From Candidatus Polarisedimenticolia bacterium (GTDB lineage Bacteria; Acidobacteriota; Polarisedimenticolia; JACPZX01; DASXTC01), in NCBI GenBank assembly GCA_036505635.1, contig DASXTC010000038.1:5109-69108 (forward strand): 64,000 bases of DNA, in the 5' to 3' direction. Of the stretch, positions 58,550-64,000 are shown in pieces (positions within the stretch are counted from its first letter, which is position 1; every line of letters begins with the position of its first letter). Under the pieces are notes generated by a model. That model was not told where the DNA came from and searched no databases. It saw nothing but the letters and a program-made list of their open reading frames with translations. The translations under genes and the position numbers were made by a program.

Positions 58550-59883
58550 AGGACGCCTCGGGCGGCTTCCGGCTTCCGCCAACCGCCAGCACGACGCTCA
58601 CAAACGGCCTTCGCGTCCACGCGATGGAGCACCGTGCGCTGCCCATGGTCGCCTTCGACCTGATCGTCTGCGCCGGCGCGGCTCATGATCCGCCGGGGCG
58701 CGAGGGGCTCGCCGACCTGACCGCCGATCTGCTGCGCAAGGGGACGGCCGCGCGCTCGGCGCACCAGATCGCGGACGCGGTGGATTTCGTGGGAGGGGCG
58801 CTGGAGGGCTCGTCCGATCAGGACGGCACGAGGCTCACGGGTGAATTCCTCTCGAAGGACCTCGACATGGCGCTCGACCTCCTTGCCGAGGTGGTGATGG
58901 CGCCGGCCTTCGCCGAGGAGGAGGTCGAGCGGCTCAAGGGGGAGACGATCGCCGAGCTTCAGGGGATGAGGGAGAACCCCGGGCTGCTTGCGAGCCGCCG
59001 GTTCGCCGACGTGCTGTTCGCCGGCCATCCGTACGGGCACCCGAACCCGGGATGGGAGAGCACGGTGGCGGCCATCACGCGCGACGACGTGAAGCGCTTC
59101 TACGAGGCGCGCTACAGGCCGGAGGACATCATCCTCGTGGCCGCCGGTGACCTGGATTCCGCGGAGTTCCTGGCCGGAGCCGAGGCGAGGTTCGGCGGGT
59201 GGGCTCCGGCCGGGTCCGGGGGCGCCGTCGCGTCGCGGGAGCTTCCGGAGCCCCGGCGGTCCGCGGGACGGTCCATCTACCTCATCGACAAGCCTGACTC
59301 AACGCAGAGCCAGATTCGGATGGGGGGGCTGGGGCCGCAGCGCACCGATCCGGACTACACGAGGATCAGCGTCGCCAACACGATCATGGGGGGCGGGTTC
59401 ACATCGAGGCTGGTGGAGGAGATACGCGTCAACAGGGGCCTGTCGTACGGGGTCAGCAGCCGGTTCTACCCGCTGGTGCACAGCGGCGCATTCCTTATCA
59501 GCACCTTCACGAAGAACGCCACGACCCGCGAAACGATCGAGGTGGCGCTGGGCGTGATGGCCCGGTTCCGCGACGAGGGTCCCACACCCGAGGAGCTGGA
59601 CAAGGCGCGCCGATACCTCAAGGGGACCTTCGCCATCGGACACCAGTCACCCGGCTCGATGGCCGATGCGATGGCCGACATCGCGTTCTACGGTCTGCCC
59701 CGAGACTACTACGACACCTATCTCGAGAGGCTCGAGGACGTCACCCAGGCGGACGTCCGGCGTGTCTCGGCGCGGTTTCCCCACGATGACATGGTGATCC
59801 TCGTGCTCGGCCAGGCCACCGAGGTCGGAAACGAGCTGGAGACGCTTGGACCGGTGACGGCGCTGCCGCTGGTCGAGCGCTGA
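58546..59883 (+). CDS. M16 family peptidase, non-catalytic (HxxEH-less) subunit-like
   Basis: Second half of ORF 57766..59883 from GTG 58546 (GTGA overlap with previous stop). M16 fold (two-domain, RGLSYGV..F pattern) but no HxxEH. Confidence 0.8.
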   Translation: MKDASGGFRLPPTASTTLTNGLRVHAMEHRALPMVAFDLIVCAGAAHDPPGREGLADLTADLLRKGTAARSAHQIADAVDFVGGALEGSSDQDGTRLTGEFLSKDLDMALDLLAEVVMAPAFAEEEVERLKGETIAELQGMRENPGLLASRRFADVLFAGHPYGHPNPGWESTVAAITRDDVKRFYEARYRPEDIILVAAGDLDSAEFLAGAEARFGGWAPAGSGGAVASRELPEPRRSAGRSIYLIDKPDSTQSQIRMGGLGPQRTDPDYTRISVANTIMGGGFTSRLVEEIRVNRGLSYGVSSRFYPLVHSGAFLISTFTKNATTRETIEVALGVMARFRDEGPTPEELDKARRYLKGTFAIGHQSPGSMADAMADIAFYGLPRDYYDTYLERLEDVTQADVRRVSARFPHDDMVILVLGQATEVGNELETLGPVTALPLVER

Positions 59884-59905
59884 GGCGGCCCCGCGTTTTC
59901 AGCCC

Positions 59906-61557
59906 TCAGTTCATCCGGAAATCTACCTTCACGGTCAGGAAGACGGGGACGGGGGCCTCGTTGCGCAGGGCGGGTCTGTACCGCCACTGCGAGACCGCAT
60001 GGATCGCCGCGGTGCTGAACGCCTCCTGGTTGCTCTCGATGATGCGCAATTGACGCGGAGCCCCCTTCCGATCCACAACCAGCGCGATCGTGACGGTGCC
60101 GCTCCTCCTGATCAGGCGCAGCCTCTCAGGGTAGACCGGCGCGACGAAGCGGATGCGCACCGGGGGCGTGATCGTGCCGCCGTCGTCGTCCAGGTGCGCC
60201 GGGGAATCAGCGATTTCAGGTTCATCCATCAGCGAGACAAGGTCGCTGTCCAGTATCAGCAGGAACGTCGCCTCTCTGGCCTGATCCGAGAAGTCGCCTT
60301 CCGTGTCGATGGATGCCTTGAAGATGAGGCTCGCCGCCAGCTTGCAGGCCAGCGCAACGGTGGAATCCTCCAGGGTCACCTCCACCGGCCGGCCCGGGTC
60401 GTCGAAGCGCACCCTGGCCCGCACGACGCCGGGGATATCCTCGGGAACGCAGCCGGCGGCCTCCAGGACATCGGATGCGAATCCCTTGGGGAGCCCGGAG
60501 GGGTAGCGGGCGCTCCCTGCGGCTGACCTCGGCTGTGCGAACGACTCCGTGGGCTTTGCCGCCGGGAAGAGTCTCAGACGCCGGCCCAGGGCCTCGCGTT
60601 CAGAGGGCGTCAGGTTGGCATTGAGCCATCGGGCGCCGGCGATCCTGTCGATGCGTCCGGGGCGGGACCATCCCAGCGCCGCCAGCAGGGACGGGCTCTC
60701 CACGGGGGGCCGGCCCAGCAGGCGCGTGAGGAGCACCGGACCGATCGATTCGTAGAGGTCGGAACCCGCATCGACGGTCCCATCCATCGAGGCTGTCTCC
60801 ACCGCGGCCAGGAGATCTCCGCGCATCGACGGCACCCGGGCCGCGAACGACTCCAGCAGGAGCCAGGCGGTGCCGCTCCTGAATCTCGACGAGGGATGGC
60901 CGATCGCCAGGACGAGCGCGCTCACGGGAGGCAGGTGATCGACCTCGGCCCCCACCCGCAGGATCGCCACCCAGTCGTCGGGCTCGCCGGCCGCGAGGGC
61001 CGCGGCGGCGGCCGCGTCGATGGCCTCCGGGCGGGATCTGCAGGCAAGGCGGAAGATCGAGACACGTTCCTCGCCGGTGAAGCCCGCATGGTCAAGACCG
61101 GAGAAGTAGAGCGGGATCGCCGCGGTGCCGCGCGACCTTGCGAGAATCTCGCCGGCGATCGGGCCCATCTTCCCACCGAGCCGATTCGCTGCTTCGATGA
61201 GGAGGAGGTCCTCCTCCGGGGCGCCGAGACTCACGAGCGCCCGCATCTGCTCCCGGGCCGCGTTCGGGTTCGTTTCGGTCTGAAGCGTTTTCCTGAGGTC
61301 GGGCAGGAGCCCAGAGGCGCCGATCACGTTGGCCACTCGCGCAGCCGCGCCGCGGATCTCGGGCGAGGAGTGCTGCAGGGCTCCGGCAAGCGCCACCGCC
61401 GTGGTTCGTTCGTCCGGTTGCTGAATCAGCAGGCCGAGCGATCCGGGCGTGACCTCGCCGCCCGCGAGGAGCGCGATGAGGGCCAGCAACAACAGGACGG
61501 CAGGGGATGGCGACACCGGACGCTCTCCATGAAGCCGATCGGTGATTCTCAATATCA
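59906..61557 (-). CDS. TonB C-terminal domain-containing protein with N-terminal TM anchor and helical-repeat (HEAT-like) region
   Basis: In-frame part of ORF 59906..63448 from ATG 61557 (MILRITDRLH...PAVLLLLALIALLAGG). C-terminal PVYPERLRLIRRSGTVTIALVVDRKGAPRQLRII...FLTVKVDF resembles the TonB_C/TolA beta-alpha-beta-beta domain. RBS weak, start approximate. Confidence 0.6.
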
Positions 61558-61593
61558 TCGGCCCCGGAGGGGCGGTTCTTGAGTGCCGGTACC

Positions 61594-64000
61594 TCAGGGG
61601 CTGGATGGGGAGGGGGAGTTCCGGTGTCGATCGTGGGGGACGGTGACGAGCGCCGAGGTCGCCGCCTGGTTTCCGGATCGGTCCGCCGCGGTGTAGGTAA
61701 TCGTGTAGACGCGGCTGGTCTCGGGGCCGGCGCGTTCGGCTCGCAGCTCGAAGTCCAGGTCGAACGAGCCGATACCCGCGCCGCGGATGTCGGGGCCGCC
61801 GCGCCGCCCCTGCGGGACCGGCGACTCGGACGCGTCGCTGCTGGCGATCGACTCGAGCACCACCTCGACGTCGCCGCACAGGTCCTGAGCGGCCACACTC
61901 GCCGAGACGCGCACCATCCGGCCGTTGGGTGGCCAGAGGGTCTCCGGTCTCACGGTCAGGGCCATTTCCGGCGGAGTGGTGTCCACGACCGAGGTGTCGA
62001 CCTGATCCGTGTCGGCATCCCCACCGCTGTCGATCACCTCCAGCGTGATCGCGTGCGAGCCCAGCGGCAGCGTCACGTCGAGGCGCTCGCCGGTCCCGAG
62101 CAGCCGCTCCGCCGGCTGCCCGAAGTCCTCCATCCAGCGGTATTCCACGATGTCGGTGGCGGCGCCCGGAGCCGAGTCCTCGTCGGTGGAGGCCGAGCCG
62201 TCCAGAGTCACCATCGCGCCCGATGGGGAGACGCACTCCACGCGCGGCGCCACGGCCGCCACCGCGCGCGGCGGATGTGCGGTCTTCTTCAGTATCGTGA
62301 AGTGGTCGAGGACCCGGGAGCGTCCATCGAGAAACAGGGCGTCGAGGCGCCGGCCGTCGATGTCGAGCACCAGCGAGCCGAGCGAGTTGAGCGAGAGGTA
62401 CATGGCCGGATGGTTGAGTCGGCCCCCCCCGATCGACCCCGACGAGCCCGCCACGACGTAGACCGCCCCCTCGTGCGGCGAGGCGGCCGCCGGCGGCTTG
62501 CGGTAGGCGCCCGTCCCCTCGTCCCGTCCGTCGCCCGAATCCTTCACCATGCCGCTCGTCAGGGTGTTCGAATACCCATAGTGGCGGTCCAGCAGGAAAG
62601 ACCTTTCGTACGAATGGCTGTGGCCGGCCAGCACGAGATCCACGCCCCCCTGCTCGAGGATCGGCAGCGCGTTCTCCCTCATCTGGATCAGCTCGATGTC
62701 GAAGTCCGAGTCGTGCGAGCCGCGGCTGTAGGGAGGATGGTGCCAGAAGGCGATGATCCACTTCCGGTTCGTCGAGACGAGGTCCTCGCGAAGCCAGGTC
62801 AGCATTGCGCCGCCGGACGAACGATCGGTCTCGTACGACTCGAGGCAGATGAAGTGGATGTCTCCATAGTCGAAGGAGTAGTAGGCCTCGGTGCCGGAGG
62901 CCAGCCCGCCCGCCTCTCCCGCGGTCGGCAGCGTGAAGATGTCGTAGTACGGGCCCGACTGGGTGGAGGAGTCCGCGGTGTGGCCGTCGTGGTTGCCCAA
63001 CGTCGGCCACAGGACGGTGTTTTGGAGCAGACCGGGATACATGTCGAAGACAGCCGCCTGGAACTCCGCGTCGGTCCCGTCCTGGTAGGCGTTGTCCCCG
63101 AGCATCAGCCACAGGTTGGCCCGTGGGCCTCCGGCCGCGAAGGCCTCGTACGCATCGCGGACCGACCGCGCACCGGCGTCGGCGGTGCCCGAGTCGCCGA
63201 TCACCCAGACGCGCGTGGGTCTGGACGCGCCCGGCGCGGGCGAGGTCGCAAAGTAGTGATCGGCGTCCGCGCCGGCGAGCAGGTCCGACGTCGTTCCGAC
63301 AGCGTAATAGTAGCGGGTGTCGGGAGAGAGCCCTGCCAGCTTCACCACGTGATCGGTGGTGAGCGATGCATCCTCGACGACCGAGGTCAGGAGCCCCGGC
63401 TCGGGACCGAACATCACGCGGCTGTCGGCCGGCCGATCCGTCCTCCACCGGATCACGACGCTGTCGGGAGCGCCGCTCTGCAGATAGGGCCCTCGTTTGA
63501 TCGCCACGGGCCGGTTGATCGAGAGGCGGGGCACGAGGACCAGGTCGCTCGAGGTGGCGGTCTGGTTCCAGACGCCGATCGCCAGGACGTTCTCGCCGGC
63601 TCTCAGCGCCGGGATGCCGGCGCTCGAGATGTCCACCAGCGGCTCGTAGCCGGGAACCTGCCCATTGGTCGACTCGTGCGACGCGGGGCGCGAGTTCCAG
63701 GCCGGGTTGCCGGAGGGCATCTGGGGGGAGAGGTGGACCGGCACGCCGTTGATCCAGGCCGCGTAACCGTCGTCGTAGTCGGCGCCCAGGTACAGGTTGG
63801 TGACCGCGGCGGGGTTGGCTATCGTGAAGGTGGCGCGCGTGTACACGGAGGACGAGCCGCCCGGCACCGTCGTGCGGATCAGGTTCTGCGCGCCGGTGGC
63901 CAGCTCATACCCGACTCCGTAGACGCCCGACGGCCACGCCGAGGCGTTGAAGCCCTGGGCCGTCCACGACAGCCCGATCCCCGGGTCCGACAGGTTCGAC
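61594..64000 (-). CDS. purple-acid-phosphatase-like metallophosphoesterase with PKD/Ig-like C-terminal domains, 5'-partial (N-terminus beyond window)
   Basis: ORF 61594..63867, and the frame appears to stay open to the window edge. Metallophosphatase motifs GDSG, GDNAY, GNHD, FWHHPPY, GHSHSYER in order. N-terminal beta-sandwich (PA14/FN3-like). PKD-like LDGSASTDED. Confidence 0.8.
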   Translation of the reverse strand, partial: SNLSDPGIGLSWTAQGFNASAWPSGVYGVGYELATGAQNLIRTTVPGGSSSVYTRATFTIANPAAVTNLYLGADYDDGYAAWINGVPVHLSPQMPSGNPAWNSRPASHESTNGQVPGYEPLVDISSAGIPALRAGENVLAIGVWNQTATSSDLVLVPRLSINRPVAIKRGPYLQSGAPDSVVIRWRTDRPADSRVMFGPEPGLLTSVVEDASLTTDHVVKLAGLSPDTRYYYAVGTTSDLLAGADADHYFATSPAPGASRPTRVWVIGDSGTADAGARSVRDAYEAFAAGGPRANLWLMLGDNAYQDGTDAEFQAAVFDMYPGLLQNTVLWPTLGNHDGHTADSSTQSGPYYDIFTLPTAGEAGGLASGTEAYYSFDYGDIHFICLESYETDRSSGGAMLTWLREDLVSTNRKWIIAFWHHPPYSRGSHDSDFDIELIQMRENALPILEQGGVDLVLAGHSHSYERSFLLDRHYGYSNTLTSGMVKDSGDGRDEGTGAYRKPPAAASPHEGAVYVVAGSSGSIGGGRLNHPAMYLSLNSLGSLVLDIDGRRLDALFLDGRSRVLDHFTILKKTAHPPRAVAAVAPRVECVSPSGAMVTLDGSASTDEDSAPGAATDIVEYRWMEDFGQPAERLLGTGERLDVTLPLGSHAITLEVIDSGGDADTDQVDTSVVDTTPPEMALTVRPETLWPPNGRMVRVSASVAAQDLCGDVEVVLESIASSDASESPVPQGRRGGPDIRGAGIGSFDLDFELRAERAGPETSRVYTITYTAADRSGNQAATSALVTVPHDRHRNSPSPSSP

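Noticed and set aside
61558-63448. Upstream 630 codons of the 1180-aa ORF 59906-63448
   Set aside because: This extension overlaps the metallophosphoesterase gene (different frame, strong motifs). The TonB-C protein most plausibly starts at ATG 61557 just after the phosphoesterase stop.

Overview
High-GC (about 70%) bacterial chromosomal segment. Gene content (many TPR proteins, several GT-C membrane glycosyltransferases, Hanks-type Ser/Thr kinases, overlapping ATGA/GTGA start-stop junctions) suggests an Acidobacteriota- or Gemmatimonadota-like organism; this is a guess from composition, not a database hit. I support about 45 protein-coding genes. I found no tRNA, rRNA or CRISPR array.

Main content, 5' to 3':
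- Secreted S55 (SpoIVB-like) peptidase and a secreted beta-propeller protein (about 0.4-4.5 kb).
- REC-PilZ response regulator, an outer-membrane barrel, a GIY-YIG nuclease-like gene, and a small thioredoxin-like protein coupled to a large hybrid histidine kinase (4.5-11.2 kb).
- A lower-GC islet holding an NTF2-like gene remnant and an esterase-TPR protein (11.9-13.5 kb).
- APC amino-acid permease, then a minus-strand operon of a small Cys-rich secreted protein, an OMP and a TlpA-like thioredoxin (13.5-17.2 kb).
- AlaX tRNA-editing protein translationally coupled to two GT-C glycosyltransferases (one TMTC-like with TPRs), plus a convergent ArnT-like transferase (18.4-24.4 kb).
- Zn alcohol dehydrogenase (24.5-25.5 kb).
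- Two translationally coupled genes sharing a paralogous archaeal-type (PF01637-like) P-loop ATPase module (25.5-29.9 kb). The first is a periplasmic TPR/coiled-coil domain, a TM helix and the ATPase; the second is the ATPase fused to a Ser/Thr kinase.
- DJ-1/PfpI and a divergent SPFH-like/alkaline-phosphatase-family/TPR protein (29.9-33.5 kb).
- An orphan AbiEii-like nucleotidyltransferase and an OMP (33.9-35.6 kb).
- HlyD plus an ABC-2 exporter operon (35.9-40.0 kb).
- A fused FAD-monooxygenase/Old-Yellow-Enzyme protein (salicylyl-CoA 5-hydroxylase-like) coupled to a polytopic membrane Ser/Thr kinase (40.2-45.1 kb).
- A five-gene minus-strand FHA + ABC-2 transporter cluster (45.2-49.3 kb).
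- A single 2147-aa ORF fusing a TamB-like (AsmA/DUF490) protein to an Omp85/TamA-like POTRA + barrel module (50.8-57.2 kb).
- Two M16 zinc peptidases, a TonB-C-terminal-domain protein, and a 5'-partial purple-acid-phosphatase-like metallophosphoesterase with PKD domains (57.3-64.0 kb).

Most noteworthy are the paired receptor-ATPase / ATPase-kinase module and the TamB-TamA fusion. Many long ORFs in alternative frames are high-GC artefacts and were discarded.
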